Assembly (NCBI GenBank): GCA_963767005.1
Contig: CAVYCN010000003.1
Coordinates: 96,001-160,000 of the forward strand
From: an uncultured Actinomycetes bacterium
GTDB lineage: Bacteria; Actinomycetota; Thermoleophilia; UBA2241
Length of the DNA stretch: 64,000 nt
Direction: 5' to 3'
Shown one piece after another: positions 1-11,686 of this stretch (within the stretch, counting starts at the first letter, position 1; each line of letters begins with the position of its first letter). The position numbers were made by a program, and so were the translations under genes. A model generated the notes under the pieces. That model saw only the letters and a program-made list of their open reading frames with translations. It was not told the origin of the DNA and searched no databases.

Positions 1-211
1 GGGCGATGGGCAGCTCCATCAGCGTGGCGAACAGACAGGCCATCCAGACTGAGCAGCCCGGGAAAGCCTCAGGCGCCCAGACGAACGTCCAGGGGAAGAT
101 CACCCCCATCGTAAGGAAGTTGTACGCGAACGCAGACCAAGGCGACATCACCCTGGACAGCCCCGAGGCCTTGCGGCTGAAGACTTCGGGCCTGGCGACA
201 CTGGACTCCAT
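1..211 (-). CDS. APC-family amino acid/amine permease, N-terminal part (runs off the left edge; missing from the ORF track)
   Basis: Manual translation from ATG at 211 gives MESSVARPEVFSRKASGLSRVMSPWSAFAYNFLTMGVIFPWTFVWAPEAFPG... The FxRxASGLxR N-terminus followed by hydrophobic helices is typical of APC permeases. GAGGGGG SD-like sequence upstream. Confidence 0.75.
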   Translation of the reverse strand, partial: MESSVARPEVFSRKASGLSRVMSPWSAFAYNFLTMGVIFPWTFVWAPEAFPGCSVWMACLFATLMELPIA

Positions 212-908
212 CGATGTCACCCCCTCGACCGAAGATATGAAGACGCCTCCAGGATCGGCTCCTTGTCGACCTGTCTTACGCTCGTCTGACCCATGACGCC
301 CCTTTCAGAGACAATCGACAGGTCGGGAGGTTATCACTCAGGATCGCTCATGTAAAGCACAATAGTGCCTCTTTCTGCTAGCTCAGTGAAACGGGAGTTA
401 GACAGCACACGTCGCTGGGGCAGGACGTCGCTGCGATCTGTCTCGAGATCTCAACGCTTGCGAAAGAAAGTGACGATTTGCAGGTACTAACAACATCTCA
501 TCGGGGCGTCGCCCTGAAGACCCCTAACTCGCCCATAGACATTCTGATACTCACTTCGGGCCGAGAACACATCTGGCTGGGGGAGTCATCTCCGATGTGG
601 GGCAATCCCACCAGCGCGCACGTGACTGGCCTCTGCTCGCTTCTGACTGTCGCTGTCAGTCGCGTGGCGCCCCTGCGATGCGGGTGGAGAGGTATGGCGC
701 AGGCGCGCGCCCCCTGACCGATAGCACATCGTACCCGAGCGCGCGCCTCAGCGTTCTCGCATGTCCGTAAGCTCCCTGATCAGCTCATGAAGAAGCGATG
801 CAGGCGCGACTTGGAAAGCGGCCGCCGGAAGGGAGCCGAGCACGACTGCAGAGCGCGAGGTGAGGTCGTGGCGCCAGGCAGTCGTGAAACGGCGGTAAAC
901 GAGTTGAT

Positions 909-1907
909 CTAGCCTGACGTCATCTGATAGCCCACCACCTTGCCGGGCTCGAGCGTGATGATGCAGCCCCGGATGATGCCCTCGCCGTACTCGCTGCCGG
1001 GGTTGATGACGGTCGTGCGACCGAGGTTCACAAGGCCGCGCGACTCGTGGATGTGTCCCGTAAGGGCGAGCAGGGGCGCGTGCTTCTCGATGATCTTGCG
1101 CACCGCCGTGCTGCCGGCCGGCGCCGACTGCGGCACGCCGGCGATGACGATGGGCGAGGGCGGGTCGGTCGACCAGTCGAGCTTGGGGCAGTCGTCGAGC
1201 GTGCAGTCGTAGGGCGGCACGTGCATGTTGAAGATGGCGCTCGTGAAGTCGTCGATGCCGTCGACCGCCTGCTCGAGCAGCGTGTAGAGGGACTCCTCAT
1301 CGGTCTCGCGCGGCGTCGCCCAGGGCGTCGGGTTGCTGTGGCCGCAGTTGGCCATGGGGTAGAAGTCGTCGAACAGCACGACCCGGCCCTCGCAGTTGAC
1401 TACATGCTCGCTCTGCACCTCGTCGAAGACGGTGAGCACGTCGGGCGGGTCGTCGTTGCCGCCGGTCACGTACCACTTGATCGGCGTGTCGGCGAGGCGC
1501 TCGTCGGCCAGCGCGATCCAGCGCTCGATGCGCTCGCGCGCCAGGCGATGGAACGTGCCGTCGACCTGTGACTGGTCCGCCTGCATGGCGTGGAGCTCGT
1601 CCTCGGCCATCGTCACGTGGTAGAAGCCGAGCGTCTCGATGCGCTCCTTGATGGCGGCCAGGGCGTCGTCGCCCTCGATGTGCTCGGTCGTGCCCTGGAG
1701 CGTCACGCGGTAGTGGCTGTCGTGCTCATGGACGATGGGCACGAGGAACTTGCCCATGATGTCGCCGCCCATGATGATGTGGTCGACCTTGTAGAACTTG
1801 GCGCAGTTCACGAACTTGCGGAACGTGCGCTCCGAGCCGTGCACGTCGGTCGCATAGAACAGGCGCACGCGTTTGGCCCCGCCGTCCTTCTTCTTGAACA
1901 GTCCCAT
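909..1907 (-). CDS. Calcineurin-like (Icc-type) metallophosphoesterase
   Basis: Motifs TDVHG, GGDIMG, GGNDD, HVPP, GHIHES, INPGS. Start moved to ATG 1907 (MGLFKK). Confidence 0.85.
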   Translation of the reverse strand: MGLFKKKDGGAKRVRLFYATDVHGSERTFRKFVNCAKFYKVDHIIMGGDIMGKFLVPIVHEHDSHYRVTLQGTTEHIEGDDALAAIKERIETLGFYHVTMAEDELHAMQADQSQVDGTFHRLARERIERWIALADERLADTPIKWYVTGGNDDPPDVLTVFDEVQSEHVVNCEGRVVLFDDFYPMANCGHSNPTPWATPRETDEESLYTLLEQAVDGIDDFTSAIFNMHVPPYDCTLDDCPKLDWSTDPPSPIVIAGVPQSAPAGSTAVRKIIEKHAPLLALTGHIHESRGLVNLGRTTVINPGSEYGEGIIRGCIITLEPGKVVGYQMTSG

Positions 1908-1923
1908 GGCGTGACCCGTCCTC

Positions 1924-2736
1924 TCAGTCGATCTCGTTGTACCACTTGACCTTGTCGCCGACCTTGGAGCGCAGGCGCCAGCGGGTGCCCTTGGGCTCAT
2001 CGTCCATCGCCTTGAGCAGCTCGCCGACGCGCTGCGCCACGACGGCGCGGTCTTCGTCGGACAGGTCGACGTGCGGCAGGTAGTCGCGTACCTTGCCGAG
2101 GTTCATCGAGCTCGTGCGCCACAGGCCCCACTCGCCGGCGCACAGGGTGGCGATCCGGGCCGCGTTTATGTGATCGGCGTCGTCGCGCGCGATCTCGTGC
2201 TCGCGCAGCAGCATGATGGTGTCGATGATGTCCTTCTCGTTGATCTTGACGATCTGCATCTTCTCCAGGACGAGCTCGGCCAGCGGGATGGTGGGGCTGT
2301 CGACGGCGAGCCGGTCCTTCCAGGGGATGGGGTGGCAGAAGTCGAGCCGGTCCATGAAGACGTCGACGTGGATGTGCTTGACCGGGTGGTTGAAGATCAG
2401 GCGCCCGGCCTCGGCGTGGAAGCTGTTGATCTCGACGTCCTCGTCGTAGCCGAGCGCGATGAAGAGGTCGCGGATCGGCTTTGACTGCTTGCCGTAGCCG
2501 GCGAAGTCGATGTCGGTGTACACGCGGTTGAGCTTGGCCTGGATCCAGCCGAACTGCGGGCAGTGATGGTGGAAGGCAAGGGCGCCGATCACGCGCAGCG
2601 CCACGCCGGCCTGCTGACCCGCCTGGACGACCCGCAGGGCCTCGTCCTCGAACACCCGCGCGAGGTCGGCGTCGGGCTGGCCGACGCCGACCTGCGCGCC
2701 GACCTCGCCGGCGGGGTGGGTGCCTTCGTCACTCAT
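1924..2736 (-). CDS. Uncharacterised nucleotidyltransferase-fold protein
   Basis: RVIGALA...YTDIDF (G[GSA]...DxD) plus HVDVF as third acidic residue and LEKMQI helix. Lies 16 bp from the phosphoesterase. Confidence 0.65.
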   Translation of the reverse strand: MSDEGTHPAGEVGAQVGVGQPDADLARVFEDEALRVVQAGQQAGVALRVIGALAFHHHCPQFGWIQAKLNRVYTDIDFAGYGKQSKPIRDLFIALGYDEDVEINSFHAEAGRLIFNHPVKHIHVDVFMDRLDFCHPIPWKDRLAVDSPTIPLAELVLEKMQIVKINEKDIIDTIMLLREHEIARDDADHINAARIATLCAGEWGLWRTSSMNLGKVRDYLPHVDLSDEDRAVVAQRVGELLKAMDDEPKGTRWRLRSKVGDKVKWYNEID

Positions 2737-3264
2737 AGCTTGCTCCCACATGTCTCGAGACGATGACCAGCTCGCTCGCGGTGCTCCAATCGTGAGCGTC
2801 CAGAACCAAGAACGATGCGAGCAGATGGCCGCCCAACGTCTGCTTGGAGGTAAACTGATCAGTGTCGTGCATGGTAACGGAAAGTTGAGCGAAGTTGACG
2901 ACAGTCTAGGCTCTCCTTGCTACTCGTCAAGCTCAGCCAGTTCTTCCATCGCGGGTTTGAGGTCACTGTCCGGGCTTGTGGGGCCGCGGGCTCGCAGTCT
3001 TGAGGTGGAGCGACGGCGGCATCGCCGCCGCTCCACCGTTCGGACAGCTGGCTTGCACTCTGGGGGCAGCACGCAAGTTGTCCGCACTCGCCAGCAACCG
3101 GGGGAGACAGAGGCTGCTGGCAAGCTTTGCCTTGTTGTTGGGAGGTTTGGTCGCGTCGGGAGGCTGACCAGGGGCACGCCAACCCAGCGATGTACCCCGA
3201 CGGCACCTCAGGAACCCCGCCGTCCGTGCATTGCTCGCAAGTGTGGCGCGTTCCAGGACACGGA

Positions 3265-4659
3265 TCAGACGAGACCCTGGTCGAGCATGCTGTCGGCGAC
3301 CTTGACGAAACCGGCGATGTTCGCGCCGTTCACGTAGTTGCCGGGCGTGTCGTACTCGTTGGCCGCGTCGACGCACTGCTTGTGGATGGCCTTCATGATC
3401 CCGTGGAGACGGGTGTCGACCTCTTCGCGCGTCCAGGCCAGGCGCAGGCTGTTCTGGCTCATCTCGAGACCGGAGGTGGCCACGCCGCCGGCGTTGGCGG
3501 CCTTGCCGGGGCCGTAGAGGATGCCGGCCTTGACGAACTGCTCGACGCCTTCGGGGACCGTCGGCATGTTGGCGCCTTCGGAGACCACGTACACGCCGTT
3601 CTTCAGCAGGTTGGCGGCGTCCTTGGCGTTGATCTCGTTCTGGACGGCGCTCGGGAAGGCCGCGTCGGCCTTGATGTCCCACAGCGGGTTGTGGTCGGCG
3701 TTCCTGTCGATCGGGTAGAACTTGGCGCCGAACTTGTCGGCGTACTCCTTGATGCGGCCGCGCTTGACGTTCTTGAGCTCGAGCAGGAAGGCGAGCTTCT
3801 CGCGATCGATGCCCTCGGCGTCATGAATGAAGCCGCTCGAGTCGGACAGCGTGACGGCCTTGCCGCCCAGGTCGAGGATCTTCTCGACGGTGTACTGGGC
3901 GACGTTGCCCGAACCGCTGACCAGGCAGGTCTTGCCCTCGAGGGTGTCGTCGCGCGTGTTCAGCATCTCCTCGGCGAAGTAGACCGCGCCGTAGCCGGTC
4001 GCCTCGGGACGGATCAGCGAGCCGCCCCAGTTGAGGCCCTTGCCCGTCAGCACGCCGACGAACTCGTTGCGGATGCGCTTGTACTGGCCGAACATGAAGC
4101 CGATCTCGCGACCGCCGACGCCGATGTCGCCGGCGGGGACATCGGTGAACTGGCCGATGTGCCGGCTGAGCTCGGTCATGAAGCTCTGGCAGAAGCGCAT
4201 GACCTCGCCGTCGCTCTTGCCCTTGGGGTCGAAGTTCGAGCCGCCCTTGCCGCCGCCCATGGGGAGCGTGGTGAGAGCGTTCTTGAAGACCTGCTCGAAG
4301 GCGAGGAACTTGAGCATGCCGAGGTAGACGGTCGGATGGAAGCGCAGGCCGCCCTTGTAGGGGCCGATGGCGCTGTTCATCTCGATGCGGAAGCCCTTCT
4401 GGATCTGGATCTCGCCCTTGTCGTCGACCCAGGGGACACGGAACATGATGACGCGCTCGGGCTCGATGATGCGCTCGAGGATCTTGGCTTCGCGGTACTT
4501 GGGATGGCGCGCGAGCACGGGCTCGAGCGACTCGGCGACTTCCTGGACGGCCTGGTGGAACTCGAGCTCGCCCTGGTTCTTGGCCACGACGTCGGCCATG
4601 AGCTTCTTCACGTACTCGGTCTTCGGTGCGGTAACCACGCTCACTTCAGAGCCCTCCAT
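3265..4659 (-). CDS. gdhA: NADP-specific glutamate dehydrogenase
   Basis: GPYKGGLRFHP, MGGGKGGSNFDPKGKS, DVPAGDIGVG, RPEATGYG, GSGNVA, GKAANAGGVATSGLEM. Confidence 0.97.
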   Translation of the reverse strand: MEGSEVSVVTAPKTEYVKKLMADVVAKNQGELEFHQAVQEVAESLEPVLARHPKYREAKILERIIEPERVIMFRVPWVDDKGEIQIQKGFRIEMNSAIGPYKGGLRFHPTVYLGMLKFLAFEQVFKNALTTLPMGGGKGGSNFDPKGKSDGEVMRFCQSFMTELSRHIGQFTDVPAGDIGVGGREIGFMFGQYKRIRNEFVGVLTGKGLNWGGSLIRPEATGYGAVYFAEEMLNTRDDTLEGKTCLVSGSGNVAQYTVEKILDLGGKAVTLSDSSGFIHDAEGIDREKLAFLLELKNVKRGRIKEYADKFGAKFYPIDRNADHNPLWDIKADAAFPSAVQNEINAKDAANLLKNGVYVVSEGANMPTVPEGVEQFVKAGILYGPGKAANAGGVATSGLEMSQNSLRLAWTREEVDTRLHGIMKAIHKQCVDAANEYDTPGNYVNGANIAGFVKVADSMLDQGLV

Positions 4660-4975
4660 TTTTGAACAGCAAGAGCTGATCTAGCCTGCGACATAGCATT
4701 GCGGCACCGCCGCGCCGCCCACAAGACTGGCCTATGCCGCCGTTCGCTCTTCTCCAACCTGCACTCAAAACTCTCATGAGTTGGCAGTGTCGAGAAAAGA
4801 GTTAGCCACAATCGAAGGGCACGGGCCGGCGATCATCGCTATGTCGCTTGTTCTGACGTGAGCGATCAGGCTGACGTGCTGATGATTGGGATGCGCATAC
4901 TCTCACGGGTCCAGACGGAAGCGACCCAACCACTATCACATGGCCGACTGCCTTGCCCGAGATCAGACGGACGCG

Positions 4976-6196
<1,221 letters not shown>

Positions 6197-6210
6197 CTAA
6201 CTCGTGCTGG

Positions 6211-7329
6211 TTACTCAAGGGACGCGGCTTTCAAATCATCCAGAGTGCCGCTTAACTCAAACAGCATGGACTCGCAGTCGTCGGCGGTGATGCATCCCAT
6301 AGTAGCTACTTGGAACATGTTCTGGCCTTCGAACACGCCCTTGCCTGGGTAGACAATGAATCCTCGTTCCTCAAACCTGTCGATGAACTCGTCGAGAGAC
6401 ACGCCTTGAGGGAGGAACGCCGACGTGACTGTGTTGCTTGAGAGCTCCTCTGGAAGAAGCAGGCGCAACCCAAGCGATGATAACCCGTCTCTCACAACTT
6501 TGCGGCATCCTTGATACCGTTTAATCCTCGTATCTAAGCCTTCGTCTAGCAAGTCTTCGACAGCCTGGTCAAGAGCGATAATCATTGTGACTGACGGTGT
6601 GTTTGGTGTCTGTTCGCATCGCTCTGCCCACATAATATGTGACTGCAAGTTAAGATATATATTGCGACGACGTATTCCGCTATCTGCATCAGGAATACTG
6701 CTACGCTTAGCTATCACGAATGACGTGCCGGTCATTCCACCGATAGCTTTATTGCCGACACCCGTCAATATATCTATCTGGTCCCTGATCACATCTATGT
6801 CTTCGCCGCCGACAGCACTGACACAATCTAGGAAAGTTCTGCATCCGTGGCGTTTCGCGATACTGGTTACGGAGGCAATCGGATTGCGCATCCCGGAACT
6901 AGTCTCGTGGTAGACCATGCAGACTAGATTTACTCGAGGATGTTTCTCAAGAGCGGCCTCGATATCGTCGACCGCAGGAGGTTCGCCCCAAGCATACTCA
7001 AGCCGGTAGACGCTCATGTCGTAGCATGTAAGGATGTCGTCGAGCCGCTGTCCAAAGGCACCGTTCTTTATCAGAAGAACTTCATCGGAGTCTCTGACAA
7101 TCGACGAAAGCGCGGTCTCATTGGCTGCAGTCCCGGAACCGCTGATGACCACGGCAGTGTAGTTCTCGTCGGCTCTGACGAGGCGAAGCAGGTTCTTTCG
7201 AAGCCGAGCGAGGATGGCTTCGAAATCCGACCGCCTATGTGCCATGTCTGGGTGGCACAGGGCTCGCTTCAAAGCACCCGTCGTCATGACGGGTCCGGGC
7301 GTAAAGAGTGTCTTCGCGTTCGTAATCAT
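6211..7329 (-). CDS. Class V PLP aminotransferase, 2-aminoethylphosphonate:pyruvate transaminase (PhnW)-like
   Basis: LFTPGP, SGSGTAANE, NGAFGQR, HETSSG, DCVSA, GNKAIGG (PLP lysine), FIVYPGK. Visibly lower GC than its flanks. Confidence 0.8.
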   Translation of the reverse strand: MITNAKTLFTPGPVMTTGALKRALCHPDMAHRRSDFEAILARLRKNLLRLVRADENYTAVVISGSGTAANETALSSIVRDSDEVLLIKNGAFGQRLDDILTCYDMSVYRLEYAWGEPPAVDDIEAALEKHPRVNLVCMVYHETSSGMRNPIASVTSIAKRHGCRTFLDCVSAVGGEDIDVIRDQIDILTGVGNKAIGGMTGTSFVIAKRSSIPDADSGIRRRNIYLNLQSHIMWAERCEQTPNTPSVTMIIALDQAVEDLLDEGLDTRIKRYQGCRKVVRDGLSSLGLRLLLPEELSSNTVTSAFLPQGVSLDEFIDRFEERGFIVYPGKGVFEGQNMFQVATMGCITADDCESMLFELSGTLDDLKAASLE

Positions 7330-7519
7330 AGTTCACCTAGCAAACCTTCAAGCCGGCGAGCTCTTCGCGCGCGCCGCCGCGTCGGGAATCGCACCGGCGT
7401 CCGCCCAACGATCAATGCCTTCGCGGCAACCCTTCTCATGCGAACCACCATGCCTTCGTAGCCGACCTCGAGCGCCGCCGACCTCGGGGATCGAAGACCC
7501 CTCTTGTCGGCTCGCCGGC

Positions 7520-7548
7520 ATTACAACACGCAGATTCGGTCATGTCAA
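7520..7548 (-). promoter_or_regulatory. Sigma70-type promoter for the aminotransferase
   Basis: Minus strand reads TTGACA-17 nt-TGTAAT. The palindrome GTTAT-gattg-ATAAC lies just upstream of the -35. Confidence 0.65.
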
Positions 7549-7689
7549 CTTTTGTTATGATTGATAACGCGCGAAGCGTCTGGTGAGTCAGCGGCGGCCG
7601 AGGCGGTGCTCGGGGGATGGTGCAGGGAGATCTGGCAGAAGCCGGATGCACGCTCGATGTCGCCGCGCTGAACGCGGGCACCGGCGCAG

Positions 7690-8130
7690 CAGCGCCAGCA
7701 TCAACGACCTCGGGGGCTACGAGCCTTCGTGGCGGCGCTGCGGCCGCTTGCGCGGGCGTGCGTGCTGCTCGCCCGCGAGCTCGGCGGCGCCGGCCTGGCC
7801 GTGGCCGACGTCAACTCGCACCGGTGCGCAACCTCGCCCACGCCGTGGCACGCTCGCCAAGACCGACCACCTCGATACACGCCTGCTCGCCGAGCTTGCC
7901 GTCCGTGCTTTGCGCCTGCGAGGACCTCGCCCGCTTCCTGCGCCCGTGAGTCGGGCGTCTGGCGCGAACGCCGGAGGGTCGGGCGGCCGTGACCAGGTGT
8001 GCCGCACGCTCTACATGGCCACCCTGCGGCGTCGCGCTACCATCCCACCATCCGCGCCTTCTACGAGCGGCTTGTTGGCGGCCAGCAAGCTCTGGAGTGT
8101 CCTGCGCCAGCGCTCGCCATGGCGTAACAC
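7690..8130 (+). pseudogene. Degraded IS110-family transposase
   Basis: Fragments in shifting frames: GGYE, LAVADVN, AKTDHLDTRLLAELA, GGRDQVCRTLYMATL, IRAFYERL. Frameshifts and a large internal deletion. Ends approximate. Confidence 0.8.
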
Positions 8131-8503
8131 ATACGAAGAGGGGCACGGTCAGGCCAGACTGACCCAAACTCATGAGTCGGCGTCTCAATGGGAGTCGTTA
8201 CGTCGCGCTGGGCTCTCAGGTCAGAGCTGATCGCTGGTCTTGTGGCCAGCCTAGTCGACGTGGGCGACCCTGGTCCCGGATGTTCGTAAGACGGTGGTTG
8301 AGCCGGCGCTGTAGCCGTCCCACCTCTCACGGTCGGTCCTCCTACGCACTCGCTCGTAGTAGCCAGCTCGAGGGCACGTCTACAGCCCATCAGGGGTGAC
8401 GACGTTCCTCTTCACAACGCCGTCACCCCCTCAAGGGCGTCCTTTTGGGCAAAGGCTCGCGCCATGGCAGAGACGCTAATCGGGCTCTGCACTCGGCGGT
8501 CAT

Positions 8504-9922
8504 TCAGGCCAACGCGTATCCCAACTCGCGCAGCTCTCGACGAGCGTCTTGGAGCGTAGCTTCGTAGTCGGGGTTGACCATGCGGCCCGTCGTTCGGTCG
8601 TACACCTCTCCGAAGATCCAGCCCGACTCTCCTTGCTCAAGCCGGTCGCTGTACTCCGAGTAAAGGCGGCTCACCACCTCGTTGGCCCGCTCGCGTGAGA
8701 ACGAGGCAGCTGCGATGCCGATCTCGGCCTGGAGCTGATGGTCGTCAGGAAGCAAGGAATCCATCTTAGCCGCTCTGGCGGGGTGGCCGGTGTATACCTG
8801 CGCCCCCGACGCCACGACCGAAGTCAAGTAGGCAGCGTCTTCGAGATGCGACATCCGGCTCCCGGCCTCGCCAGCAAGATAGGAGGTATTGAAGATAGAC
8901 ATGTTCATGTTGCGAGTCGCCGCCTGATTGGCCAGGGAGTTCGCCCAGATGATGGGGTGCGCCGTCGATACCAAGAGGCGCTGGTGAAGAGCCATGTTGA
9001 AGTGGTAGCGGGCCCTGAAAATCATCCAGCCGCCGATGATGTAGGCGGTGCACAAGATCGCAACGTTCTCGGCACCACCGGCGTACCCACCATACATTGG
9101 AGCCCCGACCGTGGCCACCGCTGCACCGAGACTGGCATAGAAAGCGGCGCGTTGCAGCGAAGCGTAGTTGACGACCATCTCGGATACGAAATCGATGAGA
9201 TAGCCGTCGGTAAGGCGCGCGCCGAACGCCGGATGACTGGCTGCGAACATAGAGCTGGACGCGATGGCGCTCGAGACGCAGTTGATAATGGGCATCCCCG
9301 GACGTCCTGCCCGGCGCAGACCCTCACGTGCTACGGACATGGCGCGAATTGCCGCCAGGATCTCCTGAGGCGAGCCGACCCTTGCCGGCACCCCATCGAC
9401 CGTCGGCAGCGAGGGTGCAGCTAGCGAGTCGGCAATCGGGATCGAGGCCATCTTCTCGACCATGCGGAGGCACGTAATCTCATCCGAGTGGTTCATGCCG
9501 CCGCCGACGTGAACCCACGGCCGCTGCTTGCTGTCCGGGCGACGAGGGATCATCGTCTTGCGGTCGACACCTTCCCCGAAGCCCACGGAGGGGAGCATGC
9601 TGGCGACGGCGCTCTCGATCTCGGCCTTGGTGAACTCCATGACCCGGTTCGTGTCGGAGCAGTAGAAGCCGACGAGCGAAATGAGCTCGACGGCGGCAGC
9701 GAACACCCGATCCGCCAGCTCGTCATCGCTGTTGACGAAGGCCTTGTGGTCCCACTCGATGCCGTTGTTCTTCACGGCCGATTTCAGCCCGGGAAGCAGG
9801 CGCGAAGAGATGAAGTCCTCCTGCCTAGTCAGGGGTCCTTCTTCGGCCCGTGCGAAGACCTCCGACAAGCTCATCCCATGCGTCACCGGCGACTTCTCTG
9901 GCAACGAGACGACGGACATCAC
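8504..9922 (-). CDS. Monomethylamine:corrinoid methyltransferase (MtmB) family protein without pyrrolysine
   Basis: Resembles MtmB over its whole length (RAEEGP, GFYCSDTNRVMEFT, AGRPGM, PMYGGYAGG, ARRELRELG). The archaeal GRPGMGV-Pyl site reads GRPGMPI-I and there is no internal TAG. Confidence 0.85.
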   Translation of the reverse strand: MMSVVSLPEKSPVTHGMSLSEVFARAEEGPLTRQEDFISSRLLPGLKSAVKNNGIEWDHKAFVNSDDELADRVFAAAVELISLVGFYCSDTNRVMEFTKAEIESAVASMLPSVGFGEGVDRKTMIPRRPDSKQRPWVHVGGGMNHSDEITCLRMVEKMASIPIADSLAAPSLPTVDGVPARVGSPQEILAAIRAMSVAREGLRRAGRPGMPIINCVSSAIASSSMFAASHPAFGARLTDGYLIDFVSEMVVNYASLQRAAFYASLGAAVATVGAPMYGGYAGGAENVAILCTAYIIGGWMIFRARYHFNMALHQRLLVSTAHPIIWANSLANQAATRNMNMSIFNTSYLAGEAGSRMSHLEDAAYLTSVVASGAQVYTGHPARAAKMDSLLPDDHQLQAEIGIAAASFSRERANEVVSRLYSEYSDRLEQGESGWIFGEVYDRTTGRMVNPDYEATLQDARRELRELGYALA

Positions 9923-10590
9923 CGACCTCCTGCCTGCGTCTTAGGTCGAAACAGTTGCTTGGCCATCTCCACGGCTTCATATGCCGTGGCGGAGAAGCCG
10001 TCAGCCCCGATGGCCTCTGCCCACTCCGCGGTCGTGGCTCCCCCACCTACGATCACTTTGTAGGCGCCGCGCTTGCCACTCCCTGCCAAGACATCGATGA
10101 CGTCCTTCTGACCGGACAGCGTCGTTGTCAGCAAGGCCGAGCATGCGATGATGTCGGCGTCGACCTCTTCGGCCTTCGAGACGAAGTCGAAGGGTGCCAC
10201 ATCGACGCCCAGATCATGAACGGAGAAGCCGGCAATACGGAGCAACAGCCCGAGGATGTTCTTGCCGATCGAGTGTATGTCGCCCCGAACCGTGCCGAGG
10301 ACGACGACACCCGCCTTGACCACCGACTGACCTGAGGCTTCAAGAGCCGGCTCAAGCAGCGACATAGCTCGCTCAAAGGCGACCGCAGATTGCATCATCT
10401 CCGGAAGGAACAGCTCATCCGCCAGGAAGAGTCGTCCCACTTCGTCCATCGCGGGCACCAGTGCGTCATCTATGATCTCCCTGGGACCGATGCCGGCTGC
10501 CAAGGACTCTCGCACGCACGTCTCAACGGCCTCCGCATCTCCAGCGATTACGGCCCTGCGCGTGCCGCTCTCTGGCTCCTTTGCGCTCAT
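9919..10590 (-). CDS. Methyltransferase cognate corrinoid protein (MtmC/MtbC/MttC-like)
   Basis: Cap domain (LVPAMDEVGRLF, FLPEM) and B12 motif GDIHSIGKNI, DLGVDV, SALLTTT, IVGGG. Its stop overlaps the mtmB-like start. Confidence 0.93.
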   Translation of the reverse strand: MSAKEPESGTRRAVIAGDAEAVETCVRESLAAGIGPREIIDDALVPAMDEVGRLFLADELFLPEMMQSAVAFERAMSLLEPALEASGQSVVKAGVVVLGTVRGDIHSIGKNILGLLLRIAGFSVHDLGVDVAPFDFVSKAEEVDADIIACSALLTTTLSGQKDVIDVLAGSGKRGAYKVIVGGGATTAEWAEAIGADGFSATAYEAVEMAKQLFRPKTQAGGR

Positions 10591-10888
10591 TCAGCTCATC
10601 ACCCTCTCTCACGCCACGCCAGCGGATTACCGGCGTACTCCGTCTCCGCGCATTGAAGCACATCAATATCACTCACGTCAATCAGTATTCTGCTCGATTC
10701 CGACTGATGCACAGGCCAAGTTCCGGCCGTGAAGTGGCCGGAAACGAGACTAGAACGATCGTCGATGACGATAGGGATGAGCACCGATTGCATGGGGTGC
10801 CGACGCTGCACCGACCGTCGCCACGCGTCAGACACCCTCAAGACGAGGGGGGACCGAAGAAAGGTGCCTTCAGAAGCCGTCCAGTGGG

Positions 10889-11686
10889 TTATTGTGCGGA
10901 TGCGACCTGGTCGTCGGTCGGAAACACAAAATCCACGCCTGCGCTCTTCAGCGCTTCTCGGAAGTCTGAGGGTAGCGATGTGGCCACAAGTTCGTCGACT
11001 TCCGACCAGTCAAGGATCCTGACCCGAGCATCTCGTCCTACCTTGCCCGACGATGCGAGGACCACCGTTCGGTCCGCATGTCGGGACATGGCTCGAGCCA
11101 CCGCCGCGTCCTCGACGCTGTTCGAGCGGACCCCTCCGTCCATAGTCACTCCGTCGACGCCTATCGCCGCGACGTCGGCATGCAGCACGCCAATCGCATC
11201 GACGGCAAGCGGCCCGTCTGTGCCGAAGGAAGTCCCTCTGAGGCTGCCGCCGATCACAATCACTTCGATCTTCGAGAAGGCCGACAGGAACTGAGCGATG
11301 TTAAGACCCGAGGTGATGACGGTCAAGCTGCGACGTGACAGCCATTGGGCCATCGCGTAGGTCGAGCTTCCGTCATTGAGGAAGATCGTGGCCCCCTCGG
11401 GAATTCGATCCACGGCCAGCTTGCCGACTAGGAGCTTCTCGCGACGATCCCGTCCTCGACGGATCTCGAACTCCTCGTCAAGACTGCTCTGCCTGGTGAT
11501 CACTCTTGCCCCCCCTCTGGTCCGGTGCAGGCTCCCTTGGCTCTCCAGGAGCACAAGATCCCGGCGAGCCGTCGCCTCACTGGAGTGGGTGAGCTGCATG
11601 ACCTCGGCAATGGACGCGAAGCTTTGATGGCTGAGGAGGTCGAGGATACTCTGTCTTCTCTCTTCGGCGACTACACGATCGCTCAC
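10889..11686 (-). CDS. DeoR/GlpR-family transcriptional regulator
   Basis: ERRQSIL, SEATARRDL, RTRGGA, IFLNDGSST. GTG start at 11686 is inferred. Confidence 0.9.
   Translation of the reverse strand: MSDRVVAEERRQSILDLLSHQSFASIAEVMQLTHSSEATARRDLVLLESQGSLHRTRGGARVITRQSSLDEEFEIRRGRDRREKLLVGKLAVDRIPEGATIFLNDGSSTYAMAQWLSRRSLTVITSGLNIAQFLSAFSKIEVIVIGGSLRGTSFGTDGPLAVDAIGVLHADVAAIGVDGVTMDGGVRSNSVEDAAVARAMSRHADRTVVLASSGKVGRDARVRILDWSEVDELVATSLPSDFREALKSAGVDFVFPTDDQVASAQ

Noticed and set aside
6-296. Plus-strand 96-aa ORF
   Set aside because: It is a shadow of the minus-strand APC permease start.
7330-8500. Active IS110 element or bridge RNA in the flanks
   Set aside because: The transposase is frameshifted and internally deleted, and I cannot define ends or a bridge-RNA structure by eye.
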